Source of the DNA: Heterodontus francisci
Taxonomy: Eukaryota
Length of the DNA: 64,000 nt
Assembly (NCBI RefSeq): GCF_036365525.1
Contig: NC_090413.1
Span: forward strand, 22,875,869 to 22,939,868
Reading direction: 5' to 3'
Below the pieces are notes generated by a model. It searched no databases, was not told the origin of the DNA, and saw nothing but the letters and a program-made list of their open reading frames with translations. Positions 12,176 through 23,884 of the stretch are shown in pieces; within the stretch, counting starts at the first letter, position 1, and each line of letters begins with the position of its first letter. Made by a program: the position numbers and the translations under genes.

Positions 12176-13785
12176 ATAAGTTGACAACCAAATCTCATAT
12201 ATAAGTCTTCAAATGTTCAATGAAGTATTAATTCATCTCTGAAATAAGTCTCATGGTGCAAGTCAGTGCTGTTCAAGTCAAACTTTTTTTTTTCTCTATT
12301 TTTAATGACGACATATTCCTGAAGCTCCCCAGCATTGAGTGTGGAAAACGCCAAGTTCTGCCAAGTGCCTGATCACATAACATCCCAAAGCACTTTCACA
12401 ATGAACTACATATGAATTGAAGCAGTCTGCTCCATCCATTTATCAGTAGAAAATTCAGGGTAACTGCTCATAAAAATGGTAGCCACTCATTGAGATATGG
12501 AAGGCTTTGGAGTTCATGACACCAGGAAAATTTGCTAATCCAACAGATTTTGCCATCTGAATCCAAGCTGAGGGCTGCAGAAGCGTTAGGAGTGAGTTCT
12601 GATTATAAAAGTGATGTATTTTGCAAACACATTTGAACATGCATTTATTTGTAAGAATAACCTATCAAACTAGTTATACATTTAAACCAAGCTGAGTGAC
12701 TTCACTCTTAAATAAGCAACACTTGGGTTGCATTCATGCCTTTGCATCTCACTTTTCCAAACAAAAATTTGTATGCATGAAATATCCAGTATCCACAAAT
12801 AAAGCCATTGGTCAGAGTAAACTAGCACCAATACCAAAATGTGACATTGTTCTTAATCAACCACCAACCTTAGTATGTGCAAAACTTCTCCGCTTCAAAA
12901 GTTCCAATTGACATTGACACAACGAACAGAATCATTTTACTGTGTCAATATGCTACAATTCAGAGTGTTGACTTTGCATTGTGCAATCAGGCTCTGGCAA
13001 TGTTAACTCCAGTTATCAGTTGCATTTGTTTGTGCATCCACAATTTTATCTCCTCCTTCTGAAGCCTGGAGGATCCACAATGTGTCAGGCCCCTCAGGAC
13101 TATGGAGGACTTGTGTTGGGATTGACAATACTGCAGCCACCCTCCAGCATCTTACCCAAGGCATGGCTCTTTTAGCAAATGACTGTGCATCAGCATTCTC
13201 CAGAGCTTAGAAAAGGTCTTAAAACAGTAAATAAGCATCAATAATGTGTAGAATAGAAATCTTTAGTAGAAAAAGCTATTGACTTCTGGTAATTAGATTC
13301 AACATTCCAAAAGTATGGTCAAAGTTCATTTCCCACTTAGCAATATATTCTGAAAGTCACACACAAAAAATGCTGGTTTGGTAAATCAGTGACTAGGAGA
13401 CATAAATCGTAAAAAAACCTACCAAAAAAAATGAAGCGTTTTTTTTTAAATAAAGTGTTAGGACATAGGGGAATGCCTGACTAAGAACAGTGGTGGAAAC
13501 AGAACCTAAACTCAAAATATTTGAAAAAGATTTTGGATAGTAATGGGACCAAACAGGTTAACTACGAGAGCCAATTCGTCCCCTTCTGTGCTGTAAAATT
13601 CAGCACCTTTAAGAGAGGTGAGACAATGCATTGGGGGCATGATCTATCAGCAGAGATACCCAATCGGGTCAACTCTAGGAAGAGAAGACCAAAAGCGCAG
13701 CACAGCAAGTATAGAAAACTTAGCCATGAACCTTTCACGGAGCTCTGTGACCTTACTCTATACTCTCAAATGTCCCAGCTGTCGA

Positions 13786-15050
13786 ACGTAAGAAATAGGA
13801 GCAGGAGTAAGCCATTTGGCTCCCCTCAAGCCTGCTCTGCTATTCGATAAAATAGTGGTTGATCTAATTCAACTGTACATTCCTGCCCTATCCCCACTTC
13901 CACAGCTCCCAACCCACCCCCAAAAAGTCTTAAATATTCACACCCCATCCTGACTTGGAAACAATCCCCATTCCTCCTGTCACTGGATTGAAATACTGGA
14001 ACTCCCTCCCTAACAGGACTGTGGATGTACCTAGGCCACACAGACTGCAGCAGTTCAAGAAAGCAGATCACCAACACCTGCTCAAGAGCAAAATTAGGAG
14101 TGAGCAGTAATTGCTGACCTTGTAGGGGACGCTCACATCCCAAGAACAAATATAAAAAAATTAAAACTAGCTGACTTGAGCATCCATAGTCCTCTGGGAC
14201 AGAATTCCAAAAAAGATTCACAACTAAGCAAAGAATTTCATCTCAGTCCTAAATGGCTGACCCCTTATCCCAAGACCATGAACCCTACTTTTAGAACCCA
14301 CTTCTGCCCCCCCCCCACCCCAAGCACCTACTCTGTCAAGCCCCTTAAGAATTTTACACATTGCAAATGAGATCACCTTTCATTCTTCTAAATGCTAGGG
14401 AATATCAGCTCATTCCACTCAATCTCTCCACAGTACAATCCCCTATACCAAGAAGTCAATCTAGTGAAACTTAGCACCCCCTGCAAAGCAAGTATATCCT
14501 TCCTTAGGTAAAGAGACCAAAACTGCACACGATACTCTAGGTATGGCCTCACCAAGGCCCTATATAATTGCAGTAAAACTTCCTTACCCTTGTACACTGA
14601 TCTCTTTGTAATAAAGGCCAACATACAATTTGCTTTCCAAATTGCTCACTGCACCTGTGTGTCATGAGTACAAAGACACCTTGGTCCCTCTGAATACCAT
14701 GATTTTGCAAACGCATTTTTAAAAAAAATTTTGTACCAAAATGCATACTTCACCCTACATTAAAGAGGGAAAGAATGTGGCAGAGGTAATCTGTCTATAT
14801 CACTTTGCAGTCTTTGTATCCTCCTCACAGCTTACTTTCCCACCCAATGTTGTATTGCCTGTAAGCTTGTACACATTATATTCTGTCCACTTATCTGATT
14901 GATATAGATTGTAAACAGCTGAGGCCCCAGCACTGATCCCTGCAGTACCTCACTAGTTACAGCCTGGCAACCTGAAAATGAGCTGTTTACTCCTACTATT
15001 TTGTTAGCTATCCAAATGAATCCATGCTATTACCCCCAGTCCCATGAGCT
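13786..15050 (-). mobile_element. Degenerate CR1 LINE between CALR and RAD23A, with another LINE 3' end inserted at ~13935-14165
   Basis: LLQLYRALVRPYLEYRVQFWS; CR1 3' UTR motif AAATAGGAGCAGGAGTAAGCCATT. Confidence 0.85.
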
Positions 15051-15108
15051 GTTCCAAACCAAACATGAAAACAAAAATCTACACATACTCATTTCACTTC
15101 CATTGGTA

Positions 15109-15114
15109 TTTATT
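15109..15114 (-). terminator. Likely CALR polyadenylation signal
   Basis: AATAAA on minus, ~1.15 kb after the stop, followed by a GT/T-rich tract (TGTGTAGATTTTTGTTTTCATGTTTGG); marks the edge of repeat-free 3' UTR-like DNA. Confidence 0.65.
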
Positions 15115-16269
15115 GTAGAAATGTGATCAAACTTATTTCTGTATTGCACACAGAGAACTCAAGTTTTCCAAAAACACGGTCAATTAAATCACCAATTTAC
15201 AACATTTAAATAACGGATTAAAAATGACAAACTTTAGACTTGGTCTGTACAGAAATTTTAAGTCTCCTTTTGAATTTTGTTGGAAATAAAGAATAATTTC
15301 CCCCCTCCTCCTCTTGAAACCCCTATATAAAGAATGCAAAATACAAAGGCAAAAGTTGACCCTGGATTTGGAAAGAGTCAATAAACATCCATGTGTATAA
15401 CCAGTGCAGTCCTGCTAGACCTAATTGTTCTCTATTGGATAAAGGCAGCTGTAGAATTACACTTACAGTTGAAGCCTGTTAATGGGAAAACCCCAGATGG
15501 AAGTGAAATTGGTCAATTTAAAAATCAGATCATCCCCATTATATTAAATCCCATCACCAGAATTTAGTGGTTCTCAAAAAACCCTTCTAAAGCAGTGCTC
15601 CCTGGAAATTAACTGGCATCAACTGTAGAATCTCAGACACGCTTAAGTACACTGTTCAGGGTATTATGTTTATCTAGATAAGTAGACACATAGAACAAGC
15701 TAACCTAAACAGCATGGGAACCCAAGCCTGGAAATTACTGGCAGCAAGCATTACTGTATGAATGCTTATGGGGTTGTACCAAATTTTAACCGAGGGGTTG
15801 ACCCACTTGAAGTCAACGCCTCGGTTAAAACAGCAAAAAAAAGGGAAATTGACACAAGCCAGTTCATTGTGAACAATGCCCAGGTGATTTCCAGGATCAA
15901 TGTGGCTATTTCTTGTATCCAGTCAGGTTGATGTGTTTTGCACTCTGAACACAACAGTCTGAGTTCCACTATCAGGTTAGATCCCTCCCTCCCCAATATT
16001 ATGAAAGTGATATCTTTAGTGATCTGAATATATTTTAGTAATTGAAGTTTAGAATCTCAGTAGTCCCTTCCTCAGTGGATGAATTTTCAATGGGAATTAA
16101 ATTTCATCCCTTTCTCCCTGCCTCCAAAGACCCTAAGCCGCAGTTTTCTAATCTTTGTTCGAAACAACAAAATACATTCCATTAAGGGGTCCCAATTGCT
16201 TTGTGTAAAAAGGTTCTTCTCTGCACGTTGCCCTGCTGCCATTCATTCTCCCAACATTTATTACAATCT

Positions 16270-16464
16270 TTATAACTCATCCTTTGGAGCAGTATCTGTT
16301 CCATCGTCTTCCTCCTCCTCTTCCTCATCATCTTCTTTTTCTTCTTTCTCTTCATCCTCATCCTCTTCATCACCTTCAGCATCATCCTCTTTATCCTTTT
16401 CTTCCTCCTCTCGCTTCTTTCGCTCTTCTTCATCCTGTTGCTCCTTCATTTTCTTTTCTGGATC
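16270..16464 (-). CDS. CALR: Calreticulin exon 9 (acidic C domain, KDEL, stop)
   Basis: cag|DPEKKMKEQQDEEE...DTAPKDEL*; 195 nt; exon lengths sum to 1245 nt = 414 aa + stop. Confidence 0.97.
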   Translation of the reverse strand, partial: DPEKKMKEQQDEEERKKREEEEKDKEDDAEGDEEDEDEEKEEKEDDEEEEEEDDGTDTAPKDEL

Positions 16465-16756
16465 CTGAACAAAGACCATAAATCAACTTAGTCATTAGAG
16501 GTGGGGGTGACAAAAAAAAAAGGACTGCTCAAACACATTCAATAAATAGGCACTAGAATTGCAGAGAAGCATAAATAAATATCATTTGAAATGCTCCATG
16601 TGATGAAAAACACCAAGCATTCCAATTACAAATTTTGTCCCTAATAATGGAGTTTGTCTAGACCATTTTGATCGACATAATGGAGGGAGGGTGGGGGGGG
16701 GGGGGGGGGGGGGGCAATGGGAGAGAAGTACCAGTGATGGTGGCAGTGAAACTACA

Positions 16757-17250
16757 CACTAACTTCCAACGCCGAAGTCCTCAAAGCAGCCAGCATATAC
16801 ACCCTACTGAGCCAGCAGCACTCGAGATGGCTTCACCATGTGAGCCGCATGGAAGATGGCAGGATCCCCAAGGACGCATTGTACAGCGAGCTTGTCACTG
16901 CTATCAGACCCACCGGCCGTCCATGTCTCCGCTTTAAAGACATCTGCAAACGCGACATGAAGTCCTGTGACATTGATCACAAGTTGTGGGAGTCAGTTGC
17001 CAGAGCTGGTAGACAGCCATAAAGGCGGGGCTAAAGTGGCAAGTGGAAGAGACTTAGCAGTTGACAGGAAGAGAAGACAGAAGTGTAAGGAGAGAGCCAA
17101 CTCTAACAGCCCCGACAAACAATTTTATCTGCAGCGCCTGTGGAAGAGTCTGTCACTCTAGAATTAGACTTGAAAGTCACTCCAGGCGCTGCTCCACAAA
17201 CCACTGACCACCTCTAGGCACTTACCCATTGTCTCGAGACAAAGAAGAAA
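16757..17250 (+). mobile_element. RTE-clade LINE 3' fragment in CALR intron 8
   Basis: RWLHHVSRMEDGRIPKDALYSEL...RPTGRPCLRFKDICKRDMK, typical RTE/BovB-like C-terminus. Confidence 0.88.
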
Positions 17251-17828
17251 GTAGGATGGAATTACAAATGGCCAATTTTATTTCATTAAAAAGGGACATC
17301 AGCCCTACCTACAGTCATGACATTGCCAAATCTCACTAAGTTTTATGTGCAGAGGAATGTAAAGTCTTTCCAATTTGTTAGTTTAGAACATGTACACTAA
17401 AGTTTTGGTGATGTCCGCATAGGAAAAGCCAAGCTTTTCCCAAATCCCTAGCTTAATGCACAGAGTTATTCTTATGGGCTGTAAGACAAGACTGTCACTT
17501 CAGTGCACCTTTCACTGAATTTTTGGCAGTTGTGTCATGAACTGGCATTTACTAAGAGCCAGGTTGCAACAACCCTAAATTAACTCCATACAACCATTAC
17601 ACCCTCAGGATAGCATGGGTTTTCATTCTAGTCCCAGTCAGATTGGAACACAAGTCCCAGAAGGGAAAGGTCAACAGCATGTTAATGATTGCTCAAGGGC
17701 TGGAAAACAGGTTTCAAATTAGACTTCAAATTTTAATAATCCTGCTGCCATACTGCCTTCTGCAGCCAGCCTTTTTTTTTATAAAACAAATGATTCATCT
17801 TCCTGCGGAGGATGTGTTACACTCTTAC

Positions 17829-17921
17829 CTTAGTTGCTCCCCAGGTTTCCATTCCAACATTTTCAGCAAATTTTTCATCATCTGAGATCAGGAAGTTATC
17901 AAATATTGTCCCAGATTTAAC
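17829..17921 (-). CDS. CALR: Calreticulin exon 8
   Basis: cag|VKSGTIFDNFLISDDEKFAENVGMETWGATK|gtaaga; 93 nt. Confidence 0.97.
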
Positions 17922-18957
17922 CTGAAAAATTAAAGCAAACTACCACTCAAAAACTTGGTCACATCTGTACAAAAATATTCTAATGGAGGATACCTGCTCC
18001 ATAGAGATTACAAGCTTTGCAGGGGGAGGAAAAAGTAAAAAATTAAAAGGAAGGGCGTACTGCAAGATAGGTTAACTTACTCTCAGGTCTTTGGAGCAGG
18101 ATATAAAAATTCTATGTGCATCTAGCCCCTACAATGCTGGTTTCCAAAGGGAAGGAGAAGGAACTTACATGATGAGGGGGAAGATTACACAGTTGGCTCA
18201 CATTGGCTACAGTTGTTTCTCCTACTGCCAGTGAAAACAATGTACATAAAGAGAAACGATCAGAAATACTTAATGATCTCAGCACCTCTATTGTTTAGAC
18301 AGGATTTTTTGCTGCTTACATGGTTTAGCGCGTGAACGAACTATGGGAGAAATGGTTCAGACAAAATGTACAAGGCCATGCTAGACTTTTAAAAATAATC
18401 AATCAATCTCATTTGTGTTGAAATTTCCCCAATGATACTGCAGAGTATACAGGGATTAACACAAACTTATTTTTTTAAAAAAAACTATTAAAGCACGTGT
18501 GTGCAGAGTCAAATGGTTATTTCATCTGTGGCCTGACCAATAGTTCACTGCAGCCGAGGAGTGTCCAAACCTTGCCTTTATGGGTCACTTGGGTACTTAC
18601 TGTGAATCACTGCAGGTCAGAGATTAAAATTCACATTTCCATTAATTAGTATGTCTCGAGATGGATATATTTAAAAACTGTCGCCAATGAGGGAGAAGGA
18701 CCAATAATGGGAAGTTCCATGCCTCTAGGCTGCTGACTTCAAAACAAGATAAAATGGAACAATGGCAGAAATAAAAAAAAGATAGAAACCGCAGTTACAA
18801 GACTTTGCCAGCCATGAAGTGCATTGTAAGTAGTGATGCAGACAGACAGACACTCAGTTAGTGGTTTGAGAACCTAAAGAACAGAGGTTTTGAACAGGAA
18901 ATATTACCACAAAACCCCCCATTTAAGCTTTCTGCTAAAGTGAAAAGTTGTACTAAC

Positions 18958-19101
18958 CTGCCACAGATCTAGACCAATCACACCAATATCTTTGTAACTG
19001 TAAAGGCTGGAATCTGGTGTGTACTCAGGATTATCAATTTCAGGGTGAATCCATTTACCCTTGTAATCTGGATTATCAATTTGACGTGGTTTCCATTCAC
19101 C
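18958..19101 (-). CDS. CALR: Calreticulin exon 7
   Basis: tag|GEWKPRQIDNPDYKGKWIHPEIDNPEYTPDSSLYSYKDIGVIGLDLWQ|gttagt; 144 nt. Confidence 0.97.
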
Positions 19102-20260
19102 CTAGTGAAAAAAAATACATTAGATAGAATAATTATTAATTCTATGGTCTGACAATCTTGACAGGGATACTGACATTGTACCATCTTCCCTATTTTTGAG
19201 GTTCAGAAAAATATAATGAGTCTAAACAATACAAAATAAGAGACATAGAATGACAACTTTATTCAACATTTTCAATTGCCCTTAAGGGCAATTAGGGATG
19301 GGCAATAAATGCTGGCATAGCCAGCGATGCCCACATCCCATGAATGAATAAAAACAAGTACTAAGCCAGCTTTGATCTGCCACTGGGCCTGCAGAATTCA
19401 AATTGAGAAGGCCAATGACAAAATATCCATCACTGACTTTTGGTGATCCCCAGTCTTGTGCAGAGGAACATGGAGACTACCGTGGTATTTATACACAGCA
19501 GTACCAATTAAAAAACAGACAAAGGTGATCAAGCAAGTGCTGCTCAGTGAAGCCACAGTTACTTCATTTCAAAGTTGAGGTTATAAGGACCAAGGTCAAC
19601 CCAAAAAAAAAAAACTGGTAGAATGTACTTCAAATACAAGATAGCACAGCACCTCATGACTTCAGTGCCTTGAAGAATTTTGTGGCAAGCAGTTACTAAA
19701 GCAGATTTGATAAACAGGCAGTTGTCACACCAGTGTGAATATCAGAGCACTCGACACTACACATTAAGATTAGATTAAAGCAAGTAGTGTGAAAAATAGC
19801 CCCTTCAGAAGAGAAGCTCAGTGATCTTAAAAGCTATCAAAAATTGGGTATTAAAAGGATTGTCCAACAGGTACAGTCATTTACACTGTAAGCATGTTAA
19901 AAAAAATTGCATTTGTGGGTCATCCAATGTTAAAGGAAATATTGGCAGAGTGTACAACAGGCAGCTGATTTGCTTTTGCCCGTTTTCACCTGTGCTGCAA
20001 GTGAAACCAGCCTCAAAGTTTTTGGAAAACCCTCACCTACCCTGACAAAAAACAGATTTCAGCGCGTAATAGATTTCCACGTGTCCCTTATGAAAATGCA
20101 ATGCAGCAATGGATTACACTGCAACTCAGAACAATCGATACCAGAGTAGCACATCAGGTTCATTGAGGTTAACAGATATAATCTTGCTCTGGGTCAGGAA
20201 TTGTGACAATATCACTTAATATTTGTGCATAGATTATCTATAAAAAGACTCAACCATTAC

Positions 20261-20374
20261 TTTGTATTCACTATTCTGAATCATAGGTGGCTCCCATTCA
20301 CCATCCATCTCATCATCCCAGTCTTCGGGTTTCTTGGCGTCAGGGTCAGGGATGTGCTCAGGTTTCTCCCAGTC
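20261..20374 (-). CDS. CALR: Calreticulin exon 6 (P domain)
   Basis: cag|[38 protein letters not shown]|gtaatg; 114 nt. Confidence 0.97.
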
Positions 20375-20474
20375 CTGATGGGAAAGTAAATCAGATCTGC
20401 AGTTAAGCAAGCGAGACAGCATGGAAACTTTATCTAACTTTGCAGCATTTCCATTTCAGTAAAACTTCACTTAC

Positions 20475-20684
20475 GTCAGGTTTTTTATCCTCTGGATCAT
20501 CGATCTTTGCACGTTCATCCCAGTCTTCTGGTTTCTTAGCTTCTGGATCTTTGATTTTCTTTGGTGGAAGGAAGTCCCAGTCTTCTTCCAAACTTCCTGA
20601 TTCAACTTTTTGGTTGTCAATTTTCACCTCATAAGTGTTGTCTGGATGGACGATGAGGGTGTAGAGATGTGTAAATTCATCATC
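20475..20684 (-). CDS. CALR: Calreticulin exon 5
   Basis: cag|[12 protein letters not shown]...[36 protein letters not shown]|gtaagt; 210 nt. Confidence 0.97.
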
Positions 20685-21498
20685 CTGGTTTAAAAAAGAA
20701 AAAAATATGTTTAGAGCTGCTTCAACCAAGTTGGCCAAATGGTTGGCGCTGTTAGATTTCCAAAAGCCTTACTCTGCCTCAAGCATTTAGACTCCCTTCA
20801 TCCATTCTTCTGAAGACAAACCTCACCACCCAGATGTGATGAGAAAAGACAATGAAGCATTATTGACAGTGCCTTCGCAACAGAGACAAGCAGGTCAATG
20901 GTACTGGGTAGGTGTCACTGTTAATAGGGAAACGGAGTGCACAAAGATAAAATGTATACCATGATTAATCTTGATTCCATCACCAATGCCACTGCAACGT
21001 AGCCATTTACTATACAATTTACTTGCCCGTTCATTAAGCAAGTGTCCAAACCAATAGTTTTGGCCACAAGTGATCCCACAGGAGATCAATTAACGTACAC
21101 TATTCAAACAAAAAAAAAAATCAAATCAGAAATAGTCCCTGAACAAAAGGAGTTCACTCCATCTACTGACTCTTGAAAGCAGCTCCATAAGAGAAGCAAG
21201 AGTCATTGAAGTTGAAGCAGCATGGACTCAAGTGCAGGAATGGACTTACCAGACAGCATGTACAATATCTATACATTCATTACTGTATCTTAAATGTTAC
21301 TGCAACACAATGAATCCCAGCTTTAACTTTTCTCAATTCTGACGAGGGATCAACACCACAACATTAACCAAAGTTTCCCCCCACCCCCGCCAGATGCTAG
21401 CAGACTGCTCTGCATCTTTCAGCATCTGCTTTTAGGATATGGTTTAGTCAAAATGGCAGCTGTGGCTCCCAATACCAAAAGGCAAAGCAGTTACTCAC

Positions 21499-21593
21499 TT
21501 TGCAACGAATATCCTTGGAAATCAAGTGATTCTTCCCTTTGTAATTGAAAATGACATGGACTTTCTTGGTTCCTGGGCCACAAATGTCAGGAC
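21499..21593 (-). CDS. CALR: Calreticulin exon 4
   Basis: cag|(G)PDICGPGTKKVHVIFNYKGKNHLISKDIRCK|gtgagt; 95 nt. Confidence 0.97.
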
Positions 21594-21690
21594 CTGGAAT
21601 TATAAGAACAGCAAATAGAGTCATCCTCACTCACCACATCATTTCCCAATATCCTACAATGTTTGACAAAGCAGAGTTACATAATGGCTC

Positions 21691-23012
21691 AAAAACAAGA
21701 ATTGCTGGAGTCACTCAGCAGGTCTGGCAGCATCTGTGGAAAGAGAAGCAGAGTTAACGTTTCGGGTCAGTGACCCTTCTTCGGAACTGACAAATATTAG
21801 AAAAGTCACAGATTATAAGCAAGTGAGGTGGGGGTGGGGCAAGAGATAACAATGGAGAAGGTGCAGATTGGACCAGGCCACATAGCTGACCAAAAGGTCA
21901 TAGAGCAAAGGCAAACAATGTTAATGGTGTGTTGAAAGACAAAGCATTAGTACAGATTAGGTGTTAATACACTGAATATTGAACAGCAGCAAGTGCAAAC
22001 CTGAAAAAAAAACAGTGGGTAAGCAAATTGAACAAACTAAGATGAAATGAAATAAATGCAAAAAAAGATTGTAAAAAATGTAAAATAAGAATGTAAAAAA
22101 AAAAAGGGAAGAAAAAATAACTAAAAATGAAAGTAAAATGGGGGGCTGTCATGCTCTGAAATTATTGAACTCAATGTTCAGTCCGGCAGGCTGTAGTGTG
22201 CCTAATCGGTAGATGAGGTGCTGTTCCTCGAGCTTGCGTTGATGTTCACTGGAACACTGCAGCAATCCCAGGACAGAGATGTGAGCATGAGAGCAGGGGG
22301 GAGTGTTGAAATGGCAAGCAACCGGAAGCTCAGGGTGACCCTGAGCTTCCGGTTGCTTGCCATTTCAACACTCCCCCCTGCTCTCATCTCTGTCCTGGGA
22401 TTGCTGCAGTGTTCCAGTGAACATCAACGCAAGCTCGAGGAACAGCATCTCATCTACCGATTAGGCACACTACAGCCTGCCGGACTGAACATTGAGTTCA
22501 ATAATTTCAGAGCATGACAGCCCCCCATTTTACTTTCATTTTTAGTTATTTTTTTCTTCCCTTTTTTTTTTACATTCTTATTTTACATTTTTTACAATCT
22601 TTTTTTGCATTTATTTCATTTCATCTTAGTTTGTTCAATTTGCTTACCCACTGTTTTTTTCAGGTTTGCACTTGCTGCTGTTCAATATTCAGTGTATTAA
22701 CACCTAATCTGTACTAATGCTTTGTCTTTCAACACACCATTAACATATTGTTTGCCTTTGCTCCATGACCTTTTGGTCAGCTATGTGGCCTGGTCCAATC
22801 TGCACCTTCTCCTTTGTTATCTCTTGCCCCACCCCCACCTCACTTGTTTATAATCTGTGACTTTTCTAATATTTGTCAGTTCCGAAGAAGGGTCACTGAC
22901 CCGAAACATTAACTCTGCTTCTCTTTCCACAGATGCTGCCAGTCCTGCTGAGTGATTCCAGCAATTCTCGTTTTTGTTTCAGATTTCCAGCATCCACAGT
23001 ATTTTGTTTTTA
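21691..23012. mobile_element. Fold-back (palindromic) 5'-truncated Penelope-like retroelement in CALR intron 3
   Basis: Inverted arms 21691-22336 and 22338-22975 around a 1-nt centre; TSD TTACATAATGGCTC (21677-21690, 23013-23026); encodes GIY-YIG C-terminus SVLGLLQCSSEHQRKLEEQHLIYRLGTLQPAGLNIEF. Confidence 0.93.
21752..21788 (-). ncRNA. Minimal hammerhead motif variant (CCGAAGA core) on the CALR sense strand; mirror copy at 22878-22914 (+)
   Basis: AGUU CCGAAGA A GGGUC acu GACCC GAA ACGU U AACU. Confidence 0.6.
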
Positions 23013-23090
23013 TTACATAATGGCTCCCTCAGGCACTGGGAGTTGTTGCAGTGATTTTTATTTGGTTCCTTTTTGAAAAAAAAAAATTTT

Positions 23091-23129
23091 ATATATATAT
23101 ATATATACACACATACACACACACACACA
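23091..23129. repeat. (TA)n(CA)n microsatellite
   Basis: Direct reading. Confidence 0.95.
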
Positions 23130-23680
23130 GGTAGGTTATTTAAACAATTACTCAACTGCAGGACTGGGGTAAAATTGGAACTTTATTGATCTAGTACAAG
23201 TCCAGACAACCATGAAGGTTATAAGCATGAAGGTGTAACACCAACAACCATATCCTTTAGGAGCATACAATTAATTACACAAATTAACTCAAGGTACAAA
23301 CTATACATCCCACGGTTTACACAAATAGCAGACTGAGGCATGAAGTACACATATTTACGAAAGGACTGTGGTGGTTGGGTTCAATTCAATAATCACTCTC
23401 CCTCCATTAGGTTGGAAGTTCTTGGGCTCTATTCATACACAAAATGAGGAACAGATGCAATGGGGGGCGGGGGGGGGGGGGGGGGGGGGGGGGGGGAAGT
23501 GACACAGAACAATGACTGCACCATGGAACAATGGAAGATGGGTTAGCACCTTCAGCCTTTCATGTGCAGTGTTTCCAGTCTCATCCGAACTCCTGTGGGC
23601 AGAGGAGAGACCACGTGTTCCTAGGCTAGGGGAGGTGGAGGAAAATATAGGGTTCTATCTTTTTTTAAAAAAAAACTTAC

Positions 23681-23884
23681 CAAACATAATATTGTAGTTG
23701 GAGTCTCCGTGCATATCAGACTGATCAAGGGTCGATGGAAAGATCTTCACATATCCACCTCCGCAGTCGATGGTCTGCTCATGCTTGACTGTGAACTGGA
23801 CAACAAGGGTCTTTCCTTCATTGCTGAAGGATTCAAACTTTGCAGACATTGCATAGAATCTGGCATCCTCACTCGTCTGAAGTC
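23681..23884 (-). CDS. CALR: Calreticulin exon 3
   Basis: aag|(G)LQTSEDARFYA...KHEQTIDCGGGYVKIF...YNIMF-G|gtaag; 204 nt. Confidence 0.97.

Noticed and set aside
16079-16468. Poly-Ser ORF on the plus strand
   Set aside because: Antisense shadow of the acidic GAA/GAG-rich CALR exon 9.
18555-18630. GGAGTGTCCAAACCTT resembling a hAT terminal repeat
   Set aside because: No matching inverted partner or TSD found.
22202-22717. Duplicated ORFs on opposite strands (MRAGGSVEM..., MTAPHFTF...)
   Set aside because: By-products of the palindromic Penelope insertion, not genes.
23462-23496. Long G run (also 11109-11121, 16692-16714) as G-quadruplex elements
   Set aside because: Homopolymer lengths are unreliable and such runs are common here; no further support.
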